64,000 bases of DNA, taken from NCBI GenBank assembly GCA_020442915.1, contig JAGRJD010000022.1, positions 4,748-68,747 of the forward strand. Direction: 5' to 3'. The position numbers and the translations under genes are program-made. The stretch is from Thiothrix sp. Its GTDB lineage: Bacteria; Pseudomonadota; Gammaproteobacteria; Thiotrichales; Thiotrichaceae. Positions within the stretch are counted from its first letter, which is position 1. Each line of letters starts with the position of its first letter. The notes beneath the pieces were generated by a model. It was given only the letters and a program-made list of their open reading frames with translations, was not told where the DNA came from and did no database searches. Positions 1-8,928 of the stretch are shown here, in pieces.

Positions 1-231
1 GGGATTCCGAACAATCCGCCGCGCTGGCCGGAAGCCACGGCGATCGTGAAAAAGATACTGCAGTGCTACAAGGACGGTGCCAAGGACTGGGAGCGCATCA
101 ATGAGTGGGTTGAGCGTATTGGCTGGCCACGCTTCTTTGAAGTCACCGGGCTGCCGTTCACCAAGTACCACATCGACAACTGGCGGGGTGCGCGCAACAA
201 CCTGAACTCCTCAACCCATATCCGATTCTGA
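1..231 (+). CDS. dsrB: dissimilatory sulfite reductase beta subunit, C-terminal fragment (5' end lies outside the window)
   Basis: The reading frame is open from base 1 to the TGA at 229-231. The C-terminal peptide ...ERINEWVERIGWPRFFEVTGLPFTKYHIDNWRG... sits directly upstream of dsrEFHC, as in the Allochromatium vinosum order dsrABEFHCMKLJOP. Confidence 0.7.
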   Translation, partial: GIPNNPPRWPEATAIVKKILQCYKDGAKDWERINEWVERIGWPRFFEVTGLPFTKYHIDNWRGARNNLNSSTHIRF

Positions 232-255
232 TGGCGTCTGGAGAGCAAGAGCGGC

Positions 256-648
256 ATGAAATACACGATTCTGGTCAATGAAGGTCCGTATCAGCACCAG
301 TCTGCTGATACCGCCCTGCAGTTCGCCCGTGCCGCCTTGGCGCAGGGGCATGAAATCTTCCGGGTCTTTTTCTACCATGACGGGGTCAATAACGGCACCC
401 GGCTGGCGGTACCGCCCAAGGATGACCGCATGCTCCAGAAGGAATGGTCGGAGCTGGCGGCTCAGCATGGTGTCGATCTGGTCATCTGCATTGCGGCAGC
501 CCAGCGCCGGGGCCTGATGGATGCTGATGAGGCCAGGCGTCAGGGACTGGATGCCGACAATATTGCCCCCGGTTTCCGCATTTCCGGTCTGGGGCAGCTG
601 ATTGAGGGCGGCATCGAGTCCGATCGCCTGCTGGTATTCGGGGACTGA
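256..648 (+). CDS. dsrE: sulfurtransferase complex subunit DsrE
   Basis: 130 aa, MKYTILVNEGPYQHQSADTALQFARAALAQGHEIFRVFFYHDGV..., a DsrE/TusD-type fold. It is the first of the E-F-H triplet. Confidence 0.9.
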   Translation: MKYTILVNEGPYQHQSADTALQFARAALAQGHEIFRVFFYHDGVNNGTRLAVPPKDDRMLQKEWSELAAQHGVDLVICIAAAQRRGLMDADEARRQGLDADNIAPGFRISGLGQLIEGGIESDRLLVFGD

Positions 649-658
649 GGAGAAAGGC

Positions 659-1066
659 ATGAGTCAAACCAAGCAATTCATGTATGTGAACCGCAAGGCC
701 CCGTATGGCACGGTCTATGCGCTGGAGTCGCTGGAGGTGGTGCTGATTGCGGCAGCCTTTGAACAGGATGTCAGTCTGGCCTTCATTGATGACGGGGTTT
801 ACCAGATTGTCCGTGGGCAGTCACCCAAAGCGTTGGGGATGAAAAATTTCTCCGCCACCTACAATGCACTGGGTGACTATGATGTGCGCAAGCTGTATGT
901 TGAGCGCGAATCGCTGGAGGCCCGCGGCCTGAGCGCTGATGACCTGATGCCGATCGTGTACGAGGATGAAGATGATGACTATGCGGAAAAGCCTTCCGTA
1001 CAGCTTGTCTCCCGTGCTGAAATGGCTGCCATCATGGCGGGTCAGGATGTGGTTCTGAGCTTCTGA
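659..1066 (+). CDS. dsrF: sulfurtransferase complex subunit DsrF
   Basis: Start trimmed to the ATG at 659 (MSQTKQFMYVNRKAPYGTVYALESLEV...), preceded by GGAGAAAGG. It has the TusC/DsrF pattern and lies between dsrE and dsrH. Confidence 0.9.
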   Translation: MSQTKQFMYVNRKAPYGTVYALESLEVVLIAAAFEQDVSLAFIDDGVYQIVRGQSPKALGMKNFSATYNALGDYDVRKLYVERESLEARGLSADDLMPIVYEDEDDDYAEKPSVQLVSRAEMAAIMAGQDVVLSF

Positions 1067-1077
1067 GGGGATGTGAA

Positions 1078-1386
1078 ATGAGCATGCTGCATATCGTTAA
1101 CAAGTCCCCGTTTGAGCGCAATGCGCTGGAAAGCTGTCTGGGGTACGCGCTGGCAGGGGATTCCATCTTGCTGATTGAGGATGCCGTGGTCGGAGTGGTC
1201 GCAGGCAACCGCTTTGCCGGCCTGCTCACGGCGGCACTGGCCGACAGGCATATCTGCGTACTGCGGGAGGATCTGGTTGCCCGTGGCATCCCGGATGAGC
1301 GGGTGCTTGAAGGAATCCGGCTGGTGGATTATGCCGGCTTCGTTGAACTGACGGTTGAAAATGACAGGACACAGAGCTGGCTGTAA
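1078..1386 (+). CDS. dsrH: sulfurtransferase complex subunit DsrH
   Basis: 102 aa, MSMLHIVNKSPFERNALESCL...SILLIEDAV, a TusB/DsrH-like sequence. It is the third member of the triplet. Confidence 0.9.
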   Translation: MSMLHIVNKSPFERNALESCLGYALAGDSILLIEDAVVGVVAGNRFAGLLTAALADRHICVLREDLVARGIPDERVLEGIRLVDYAGFVELTVENDRTQSWL

Positions 1387-1423
1387 GGCTGGCCGAACTT
1401 AACCATTAACAGGAGGCCGTATT

Positions 1424-1756
1424 ATGGCACTGGAAATTGACGGCAAAAATATTGCTACCGATGAAGAGGGTTATCTGGAAAACCTGAATGACTGGAGCAA
1501 GGAAGTCGCCGAGGCAATGGCAATATCCGAAGATGTCAACCTGACCGATGAGCACTGGGAAATCATCAATTTCCTGCGTGAATACTATGAAGAGTATCAG
1601 ATTGCACCGGCGGTCCGGGTGCTGACCAAAGCTGTCGGCAAGCGCCTGGGTGCTGACAAGGGTAATTCCAAATACCTGTACAGCCTGTTTCCCTACGGTC
1701 CCGGCAAGCAGGCCTGTAAATACGCCGGTCTGCCCAAGCCTACCGGCTGCGTCTGA
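1424..1756 (+). CDS. dsrC: DsrC (TusE/DsrC family) with both conserved C-terminal cysteines
   Basis: 110 aa ending ...GKQACKYAGLPKPTGCV. This is the C-X10-C swinging-arm motif. An AGGAGG Shine-Dalgarno sequence lies upstream. Confidence 0.95.
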   Translation: MALEIDGKNIATDEEGYLENLNDWSKEVAEAMAISEDVNLTDEHWEIINFLREYYEEYQIAPAVRVLTKAVGKRLGADKGNSKYLYSLFPYGPGKQACKYAGLPKPTGCV

Positions 1757-1773
1757 TCCCGGCTAGACCCCGT

Positions 1774-1856
1774 CCCCCCGTCTGGCGGGGGGCGTGTGGT
1801 GGCAATCCTTATTGGCAGATCTGTCCGGTCCCTGTTCAGGGACGGGGGTGGTTTTG
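1774..1856 (+). terminator. two stem-loops in the dsrC-dsrM spacer (possible partial terminator or attenuator)
   Basis: Hairpin 1 is CCCCCCG-tctgg-CGGGGGG at 1774-1792. Hairpin 2 is GTCCCT-gttc-AGGGAC at 1828-1843, followed 8 nt later by TTTT at 1852-1855. Neither has a canonical adjacent U-tract. Confidence 0.25.
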
Positions 1857-1924
1857 TCTGACAGCCGCTCCTCAAGCCCTGCAGCAGCAGGTTTTCAGCA
1901 GCGGTTTTACCAGGAGTTCTGACA

Positions 1925-2698
1925 GTGACATTCATAAGCATCCTGTACGGATTGCTGTTCTGGGCCGCCACGCTGATACTGGTCATCGGTGTGGGGCGCA
2001 GGGTGCATCTGTACTGGAAGGTCCCGGCCCCCTTGAAGATCGTCACGACACCGGCGCCCGTCACCCGCAGCGGCGTGGTGTGGCGCATGTTCAAGGAGGT
2101 GGTGTTTTTCACCAGCCTGTTTCGTGCCAGCAAGTACACCTGGGTATTTGCCATCCTGTTTCACATGGCCCTGTGGCTGGTACTGCTGCGGCATACGCGC
2201 TATTTCATGGACATGAACAGCTTTCTGGTCTTCATGCAGCCGTTCGGTCGATATGCCGGTTTTGCCATGTTGCTGGGCCTGACCGGTCTGCTGGGCCGGC
2301 GCATGTTGGTGGACCGGGTGCGCTACATTTCGGCACCATCCGACTTCCTGATGCTGCTGCTGCTGCTGTCCATCGGTGTGTCCGGGATGATGATGAGCTT
2401 CGGGGTTCATACCGACATTGTGCAGGTCAAGGCTTTCTTCCACGGACTGATGACCTTTGACTGGCAGCCCCTGCCCGGTGATCCGCTGCTGCTGCTGCAC
2501 CTGCTGCTGGTGGCGGTGCTGATGATCATTTTCCCGATCAGCAAGCTGCTGCATGCGCCCGGCGTGTTCTTCAGCCCGACCCGCAACCAGGTCGACAATC
2601 CGCGTGAAAAACGGCATGTCGCTCCCTGGGCGCGTGAACTGGAGCGGGAGCACAAGCTGTATGCCGACGATACACCAACCGCGCCGGTTTCCAGATAA
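1925..2698 (+). CDS. dsrM: DsrM, NarI-like di-haem b membrane subunit of the DsrMKJOP complex
   Basis: GTG start, 257 aa, multiple hydrophobic helices. It lies immediately upstream of dsrK. Confidence 0.85.
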   Translation: MTFISILYGLLFWAATLILVIGVGRRVHLYWKVPAPLKIVTTPAPVTRSGVVWRMFKEVVFFTSLFRASKYTWVFAILFHMALWLVLLRHTRYFMDMNSFLVFMQPFGRYAGFAMLLGLTGLLGRRMLVDRVRYISAPSDFLMLLLLLSIGVSGMMMSFGVHTDIVQVKAFFHGLMTFDWQPLPGDPLLLLHLLLVAVLMIIFPISKLLHAPGVFFSPTRNQVDNPREKRHVAPWARELEREHKLYADDTPTAPVSR

Positions 2699-2708
2699 GG
2701 GGTGCAGC

Positions 2709-4289
2709 ATGGCGGATTATGACATTCCAGAACTGAACGGTGCCGGTTACATCAAGGTTCCAGCCCTCGAACGGGATACCATGAAGGGCAAGGGGCCGTT
2801 TATGGCCAAGCCCGAGTTTCAGGAGGCGCTGCATTTTCCGGATGATTTCGAGCCGGTTGAGGGCGGCGGCTATACGCTGGTACCGGACTGGAAGGAAAAG
2901 GCACTGGCGAAGCTGGATGACCTGCGGCACCGCTACCGCTCCCTGCAGCTGTATCTCGACATCTGCGTCAAGTGCGGCGCCTGCACCGACAAGTGCCATT
3001 ACTTCATCGGCACCCGTGATGCCAAGAACATGCCGGTGGCGCGTCAGGACCTGCTACGCAAGGTCTACCGGCGGTATTTCACTTTTGCCGGAAAGCATTT
3101 CCCCCGGCTGGTGGGTGCGGTCGACCTGACCGAGGAGGTGGTGAACGACTGGTACAATTACTACCATCAGTGTTCCCAGTGCCGGCGCTGTTCGGTGTAC
3201 TGTCCCTACGGGATTGATACGGCTGAAATTTCCATGGCCGCACGGGAAATCCTGGACACCATCGGGCGCGGCACCAAGTACAATAACGAGATCATCGGCA
3301 AGGTCTTCAAGATCGGCAACAACCTCGGCCTGCCGGCCATGGCGCTGGCGGATACCCTGGAAGGGCTGGAGGAGGATGTCGAGGATGATACCGGTATCAA
3401 GGTACGCTTCCCGCTGGATGAGGAGGGGGCCGAGGTCCTGCTGATTACACCCTCTGCCGATTTTTTTGCCGAGCCGCATGTGGATGGCCTGATCGGCTAT
3501 GCCAAGGTATTCCATGAGGCCGGTATCAGCTGGACCCTGAGTTCCCATGCCTCCGAGGCCGCCAACTTCGGCATGTTCATCGGCTCTTACGAGAACATGC
3601 GCCGTATCGCCCTGCGCATCCGTGAAGCCGCCATTCGGCTCAAGGTCAGGCGTATCGTGTTCGGTGAGTGCGGGCATGCCTGGCGGGTGGCGTACAGTTT
3701 CCTCAATACCTTGGCCGGTCCGTTTGACTTTCTGGACCCGAAATACCCGGTTCCCCAGCATATTCTGGAGATTACCTGGGGCCTGATCCAGGAGGGGCGG
3801 CTGGTGCTGGACAAGTCGCAGAACGATGACAAGGTACTGACCTTTCACGATTCCTGCAATGTGGCCCGTGCCACGCGCATGGGTGACAGGCCGGGCGGGC
3901 AGTTCGAGATTCCGCGTCAGGTCATCCGGGCGGTGTGCAACCACTTTGTCGACATGCCGGCAGACACCATTCACGACGCGACTTATTGCTGTGGCGGCGG
4001 TGGCGGCCTGTTGACCGATGACCTGATGGAGTTGCGGGTCAAGGGAGCCCAGCCGCGCATGGAGGCGCTCAAGTACGTGACCGAGCAGCAGGGCGTGACG
4101 CACATGGCGGCCATCTGCGCCATCTGCAAATCCCAGTTCACCAAGGTCATCCCCTATTACGGTTTCACCATGGACCAGATTGTCAGTGTGCACCAGCTGG
4201 TGAGCAATGCCATCGTCCTCAAGCGGGAGGTTTCGGTCCAGGCCCGCCCCGATGCGGATGACGCAGATGATGACAGTGATGACGCCTGA
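2709..4289 (+). CDS. dsrK: DsrK, HdrD-like Fe-S subunit
   Basis: Start trimmed to the ATG at 2709 (MADYDIPELNG...). Cysteine clusters: CVKCGACTDKC, CSQCRRCSVYCP and the CCG-type YCCGGGGG. It has an unusual acidic tail. Confidence 0.9.
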   Translation: MADYDIPELNGAGYIKVPALERDTMKGKGPFMAKPEFQEALHFPDDFEPVEGGGYTLVPDWKEKALAKLDDLRHRYRSLQLYLDICVKCGACTDKCHYFIGTRDAKNMPVARQDLLRKVYRRYFTFAGKHFPRLVGAVDLTEEVVNDWYNYYHQCSQCRRCSVYCPYGIDTAEISMAAREILDTIGRGTKYNNEIIGKVFKIGNNLGLPAMALADTLEGLEEDVEDDTGIKVRFPLDEEGAEVLLITPSADFFAEPHVDGLIGYAKVFHEAGISWTLSSHASEAANFGMFIGSYENMRRIALRIREAAIRLKVRRIVFGECGHAWRVAYSFLNTLAGPFDFLDPKYPVPQHILEITWGLIQEGRLVLDKSQNDDKVLTFHDSCNVARATRMGDRPGGQFEIPRQVIRAVCNHFVDMPADTIHDATYCCGGGGGLLTDDLMELRVKGAQPRMEALKYVTEQQGVTHMAAICAICKSQFTKVIPYYGFTMDQIVSVHQLVSNAIVLKREVSVQARPDADDADDDSDDA

Positions 4290-4381
4290 TGCCCCCGGAC
4301 GGGTTCCGTCAGGATTGCCGCTTCAGGTAACAGATTTAATGATCCGGCCCAGCCGCCGGGTTTAGCGACAGGAGATCAAAC

Positions 4382-6340
4382 ATGGCAACAGCAGCTGATG
4401 ATTCACGCCTGGGAGGCCGGACCTTCCGCCGTTTCAAGGACGGCAGTCATACCTGGGACAGTATGCACGAAAAGATTTTTGTCGCGGACACGACCCACAA
4501 GTGCCCGACCTATGTGCACAAGACTCCGCCCTGTCAGGGCAGCTGCCCTTCCGGTGAGGACATCCGGGGCTGGCTGCAGATTGTGCGCGGGATTGAAAAG
4601 ACACCACCGGACATGTCGATGCAGGAGTATGCCTTCCAGCGCCTGACGTCGGCCAATCCGTTCCCGTCCATGATGGGGCGGGTATGCCCGGCACCGTGTC
4701 AGGAGGGCTGCAACCGCAATGATGTGGATGATTTCGTCGGCATCAATGCGGTAGAACAGTATATCGGTGACAGTGCCATTGCCATGGGTTTCGGATTCGA
4801 GGCCGCACCGGCACTGTCCGGCAGGAAGGTGGCGATTATCGGTGGTGGTCCTGCCGGCATGGCTGCTGCTTACCAGCTGCGCCGTCTGGGGCATGCCTCC
4901 ACCCTTTTCGAGCAGCACCCGGAGCTGGGCGGCATGTTCCGTTACGGGATTCCAGGCTACCGGATTCCACGCGACAAGCTGGATGCCGAAATCCAGCGCA
5001 TTCTGGATCTGGGTGGTATTGAGGTACGCTGCAACACCCGCGTGGGTGCCGATGTCAGCGTGGAGACCCTCGAGCAGGATTACGATGCCGTGCTGTGGGC
5101 ACTAGGCTGCTGGAACGGGCGTGGCCTGTTCGTGGAGCAGTTTGATGCCACCCCGAACTGTGTGGTCGCCGTCGACTTTCTGGAAGCCTTCAACAAGGGC
5201 ACCCTGAAATACACCGCCCCGCGTGTGGTCTGCGTCGGCGGCGGGGATACCTCAATCGACGTGGTATCGGTTTCGCGCCGTATCGGCACCCTGCCGGATT
5301 ATCAGGAGCTACCGGAAGCCGCTGCCACCGGTCGGGAGGTGCATACACAGGAGCCGGCGGCCAAGGTCGCATCCCAGGTGACCTTGACCACCCTGTTCCC
5401 GCTGGACCAGATGACCGCGGCCGAGCACGAAGTGCAGGATGCCCTCAAGGAGGGGGTCACCATCCTGACTGAAGTCATGCCCAAGGCGCTGGTACTGGAT
5501 GAAAACGGGCGTGCCACCGGCCTGATCGTGGTCGAGTGCGAAATGAAGGGCAACCTGCCGCAGCCGAAAGAGGGCGGGAAGGAGACCCTGATCGAGGCCG
5601 ACCTGATCGTGTCCGCCATCGGCCAGTATGGCCGGCTGGATGGTGTGGAGGACATGAACAATGGCCGTCACCTGATCAATGCCGATGCCCTGTACCAGGT
5701 GCCAGGCAAGGCGGGGCATTTTGTGGCCGGTGACATCATTCGCCCGCATCTGCTGACCACGGCCATCGGTCAGGGGTCGATTGCCGCCGAAACCATCAAC
5801 CAGTACCTACGTCAGGAGGACATGACCAAGCGTCCCAAGGTGGACAAGCACCACTTCAACCTGATGCAGAAGCTGCACGAAGCCGGGCTGGACCCGAAGC
5901 ACTTTGAGGAGGCTCATACGGACGACCTGCGCGGGACTTCAGAGCTGGATTATGCGGTCCATAATTACGAAGACCGTTCCAAATCGGTGATCGTGCCTTC
6001 CAGCAGCCTGTTCCTGGGGCATTTCCAGACCGAGGCCCGCCAGCAGCGTACTGAGGATGTGCCCAGTGCGGAAGCCGTACTGGGGCATTTTGCCGAGCGC
6101 ATGAATTCGCTGGCGGAGGAACAGGCAGTCAGGGAAGCCAAGCGCTGCATGAGCTGCGGCATGTGTTTCGAGTGTGACAACTGCGTGATTTACTGCCCGC
6201 AGGATGCGGTTTACCGGGTGCCGAAGAAGCAGGCCACCATGGGCCGCTATGTCGCCACCGATTATGACCGCTGCATCGGCTGTCATATCTGTGCGGATGT
6301 CTGCCCGACCGGTTATATCGAAATGGGTATGGGTGAGTAA
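4382..6340 (+). CDS. dsrL: DsrL, GltD-like NAD(P)H oxidoreductase with a C-terminal ferredoxin domain
   Basis: 652 aa. Dinucleotide-binding motif KVAIIGGGPAGMAAA. C-terminal 2x[4Fe-4S] motifs CMSCGMCFECDNC and CIGCHICADVCP. It lies between dsrK and dsrJ. Confidence 0.9.
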   Translation: MATAADDSRLGGRTFRRFKDGSHTWDSMHEKIFVADTTHKCPTYVHKTPPCQGSCPSGEDIRGWLQIVRGIEKTPPDMSMQEYAFQRLTSANPFPSMMGRVCPAPCQEGCNRNDVDDFVGINAVEQYIGDSAIAMGFGFEAAPALSGRKVAIIGGGPAGMAAAYQLRRLGHASTLFEQHPELGGMFRYGIPGYRIPRDKLDAEIQRILDLGGIEVRCNTRVGADVSVETLEQDYDAVLWALGCWNGRGLFVEQFDATPNCVVAVDFLEAFNKGTLKYTAPRVVCVGGGDTSIDVVSVSRRIGTLPDYQELPEAAATGREVHTQEPAAKVASQVTLTTLFPLDQMTAAEHEVQDALKEGVTILTEVMPKALVLDENGRATGLIVVECEMKGNLPQPKEGGKETLIEADLIVSAIGQYGRLDGVEDMNNGRHLINADALYQVPGKAGHFVAGDIIRPHLLTTAIGQGSIAAETINQYLRQEDMTKRPKVDKHHFNLMQKLHEAGLDPKHFEEAHTDDLRGTSELDYAVHNYEDRSKSVIVPSSSLFLGHFQTEARQQRTEDVPSAEAVLGHFAERMNSLAEEQAVREAKRCMSCGMCFECDNCVIYCPQDAVYRVPKKQATMGRYVATDYDRCIGCHICADVCPTGYIEMGMGE

Positions 6341-6345
6341 AGCCG

Positions 6346-6888
6346 GTGATGATGCTCAAGTTGTTTAATCCTCCGGTTTCCGGCGGGCGGCTGCTGGCCG
6401 CCCTGCTGTTGGCGGGATTGCTGGCGGCTTGTGATGCTGCCGTGCCGCAGCCCGAGCTCGGGGTGGCCAGGGCCAAGGCCGATCAGTGTGTCGAGCCGAC
6501 CGGGGATATGCGCCGGAACCACATGCAATACCTGCTCACGCACCGGGACGAAACCGTGATTGAGGGCATTCGTACCACGCAGCACAGTCTGGTCGAGTGT
6601 GTGAACTGCCATGTCGCACCGGTGCGGGCGGATGGTTCTGCCGTGCATTATCCGGACAAGGATCATTTCTGTGCCAGCTGTCATACTTATGCCGGTGTGA
6701 AGATTGACTGTTTCCAGTGCCATGCCGACCGTCCGCAGGTCATGGACAACCCGGATTATCCGCACCCGCTCAGCGCCAACCGCTACCATCAGCTGGCCAG
6801 TGGCGGTGGCACCACCGTCAGCCTGTCCGACATGCTGGCGGTGAGTGGTATGGGGAGTGGTTCCACTGCCGGGGAGGTGAGACCATGA
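6346..6888 (+). CDS. dsrJ: DsrJ, periplasmic trihaem cytochrome c
   Basis: Hydrophobic N-terminal signal or anchor. Exactly three CxxCH motifs: CVNCH, CASCH, CFQCH. Confidence 0.85.
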   Translation: MMMLKLFNPPVSGGRLLAALLLAGLLAACDAAVPQPELGVARAKADQCVEPTGDMRRNHMQYLLTHRDETVIEGIRTTQHSLVECVNCHVAPVRADGSAVHYPDKDHFCASCHTYAGVKIDCFQCHADRPQVMDNPDYPHPLSANRYHQLASGGGTTVSLSDMLAVSGMGSGSTAGEVRP

Positions 6889-7667
6889 GTGACGGACTGC
6901 AACAGGTGCCGCAACGCAATCAGGTCGATGCCTACCGGCGTCATTTTATGGCTGCTGTCACGGGGGCGGCGACGCTGGCCACCCTGGCACCGGGGGTGAT
7001 CCTGCGCGAGGCCAGTGCAGCCACCCGCCCGGATGTCACTGCCCGCCCGCCGGAGCAGCCGGCCACCTCCGTTGTGCGCTGGGGCATGCTGATCGATACC
7101 GCACGCCTTGGTGATGGCGGGGCGGCGATGGTGGCGGCCTGCCGGCGTGAGCATGGCTGGGGCCATGATCCCAGGGCTTCCCCGGAGCAGCAGCCGCAGT
7201 GGGTCCGCACGGTCAGGGTCACGGACAAACTCACGCAGCACAGTTTCACCCTGCCGGTCATGTGCCAGCACTGTGAGCACCCGCCCTGTGTGGATGTGTG
7301 CCCGACCGGAGCTTCCATGAAACGTGCCGATGGCATTGTGCAGGTCAACAAGCACATCTGCATTGGTTGCCGCTACTGCATGATGGCCTGTCCCTACAAG
7401 GCTCGAAGCTTTGTGCATGAGCCGCTGACCGACCAGCGTCCGCATTCGCCGCGTGGCATGGGGACGGTGGAATCCTGCAACCTGTGCGTGCACCGGATTG
7501 ATACCGGGCGGATTCCGGCCTGTGCCGAGGCAGCCCCGCAGGCGGTGATTTTCGGTGACCTGAACGATCCGGACAGTCGCATCAGTCAGGCCGTGCAGGC
7601 GCTGGGTGGAACCCAGATCCGGGCCGACCTTGATCTCAATACCGGTGTGCGCTACCTCAATATCTGA
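6885..7667 (+). CDS. dsrO: DsrO, periplasmic Fe-S (ferredoxin-like) subunit with a Tat signal
   Basis: Start trimmed to the ATG at 6885, which overlaps the dsrJ stop (ATGA). It has a twin-arginine signal (YRRHFMAAVTGAATLA) and several 4Fe-4S motifs (CQHCEHPPCVDVCP, CIGCRYCMMACP). Confidence 0.9.
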   Translation: MSDGLQQVPQRNQVDAYRRHFMAAVTGAATLATLAPGVILREASAATRPDVTARPPEQPATSVVRWGMLIDTARLGDGGAAMVAACRREHGWGHDPRASPEQQPQWVRTVRVTDKLTQHSFTLPVMCQHCEHPPCVDVCPTGASMKRADGIVQVNKHICIGCRYCMMACPYKARSFVHEPLTDQRPHSPRGMGTVESCNLCVHRIDTGRIPACAEAAPQAVIFGDLNDPDSRISQAVQALGGTQIRADLDLNTGVRYLNI

Positions 7668-7684
7668 TTCACGGAAATGTCATC

Positions 7685-8893
7685 ATGAGCAATACAGCAA
7701 TCGTTTATCGTGAAGTCGGCGAGGGCAGGGGGTTTTATCTGCTGCTGGTCCTGTTCGGAGCCGTTGTGGCCATGGGGGCGCTGGCATTTTTCCATCTGGA
7801 GCACGAGGGGCATCATGTCACCGGCATGAACAACCAGATTGTCTGGGGCCTGCCGCACGTGTTTGCCATTTTCCTGATTGTGGCGGCCTCGGGGGCGCTG
7901 AATGTCGGCTCCATCGGCACCGTGTTCAGAAAGCCGCTGTACCAGCCCATGGGGCGGTTGTCGGCACTGGTGGCCATGGCGCTGCTGCTGGGCGGGCTGG
8001 TGGTGCTGGTGCTGGACCTCGGGCACCCGGATCGCCTGATCGTGGCCATGACCCATTACAACTTCAAGTCCATCTTTGCCTGGAATATCATCCTGTACAA
8101 CGGCTTTCTGGCCCTGGCCGGGTTTTACCTCTGGACCATGATGGACCGCCAGCTCAAGGCCCTGTATCCCTATGCCGGTTTTGCCGCTTTCAGCTGGCGG
8201 CTGATCCTGACCATGGGCACCGGCTCGATTTTCGGCTTTCTGGTGGTGCGCCAGTTCTATGATTCCGCCATCATGGCGCCACTGTTCATCGCCATGTCGT
8301 TCTCCTTCGGTCTGGCGGTGTTCATTCTGGTGCTGTATGCCGGTTTTGCCTGGACCCGGCGCCCGCTGGGGGATGTGGTGCTGAACCGGCTGCGCTACCT
8401 GCTGGCGGTGTTCATCGGGGCGGCATTGTTCCTGGAGCTGATGCGCCATCTGGCCAACCTGTATGTCACGCGCCGGCACGGAGTCGAGCAGTTCATCCTG
8501 AGTGATGGCGGAATTTATACCCAGTTGTTCTGGGTCGGGCAGGTGTTTCTGGGCGCACTGGTACCGCTATCGCTGATTTTCTGCCGTCGGCTGGTGGGCA
8601 ACCGCCTGTCGCTACTGGTGGCCTGTGTGCTGGTGATCCTCGGCGGTTTCGCCCAGCTGTACGTGATCCTGATTGGCGGGCAGGCGTACCCGCTGGAACT
8701 GTTCCCCGGTGCCACGGTGGAAAGCACCTTCTTTGATGGCCAGATCAGCCGTTATGCACCCACGGTCTGGGAGTGGATGCTGGGGCTGGGCGGGGTGGGG
8801 ATATCCCTGCTGCTGGTGACGGTCGGGGTCAGGGTACTCCGCTTTCTACCGGTGTCGCTGGCGGATGAAGTGCTTGATTCTGATGACTCCTGA
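7685..8893 (+). CDS. dsrP: DsrP, NrfD/PsrC-like integral membrane subunit
   Basis: 402 aa polytopic membrane protein directly after dsrO. Confidence 0.9.
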   Translation: MSNTAIVYREVGEGRGFYLLLVLFGAVVAMGALAFFHLEHEGHHVTGMNNQIVWGLPHVFAIFLIVAASGALNVGSIGTVFRKPLYQPMGRLSALVAMALLLGGLVVLVLDLGHPDRLIVAMTHYNFKSIFAWNIILYNGFLALAGFYLWTMMDRQLKALYPYAGFAAFSWRLILTMGTGSIFGFLVVRQFYDSAIMAPLFIAMSFSFGLAVFILVLYAGFAWTRRPLGDVVLNRLRYLLAVFIGAALFLELMRHLANLYVTRRHGVEQFILSDGGIYTQLFWVGQVFLGALVPLSLIFCRRLVGNRLSLLVACVLVILGGFAQLYVILIGGQAYPLELFPGATVESTFFDGQISRYAPTVWEWMLGLGGVGISLLLVTVGVRVLRFLPVSLADEVLDSDDS

Positions 8894-8928
8894 ATGCGGA
8901 CGGAGCCACCGTAATGCGCTGGCTGTGA

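Noticed and set aside
1428-1446. TGGCAC...TTGA at the dsrC start, considered as a sigma54 (-24/-12) promoter.
   Set aside because: The -12 element is TG rather than GC at the required spacing, and the motif lies inside the dsrC start codon region. It is most likely a chance match.
2553-2708. N-terminal extensions in the six-frame track. Examples: 2553, 6717, 18220, 18986, 29930-30067, 33151-33264, 36561-36611, 43864, 45143, 62032.
   Set aside because: The extensions overlap the preceding gene or an intergenic region and are Arg/Pro-rich. Internal starts give conserved N-termini, signal peptides or Shine-Dalgarno spacing, so the starts were trimmed.
3054-4193. Long antisense ORFs opposite real genes. 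Examples: 3054-4193(-), 1907-2710(-), 11993-13072(-), 15102-16502(+), 20690-21973(-), 21811-23088(-), 26389-27528(-), 35073-36227(+), 38136-39182(+), 58701-59816(+), 61386-62282(+).
   Set aside because: They are typical shadow ORFs of GC-rich DNA. Each lies fully inside a gene with clear family motifs on the other strand. Their products are low-complexity (R/P/G/A/Q/H-rich) with no recognisable motifs.
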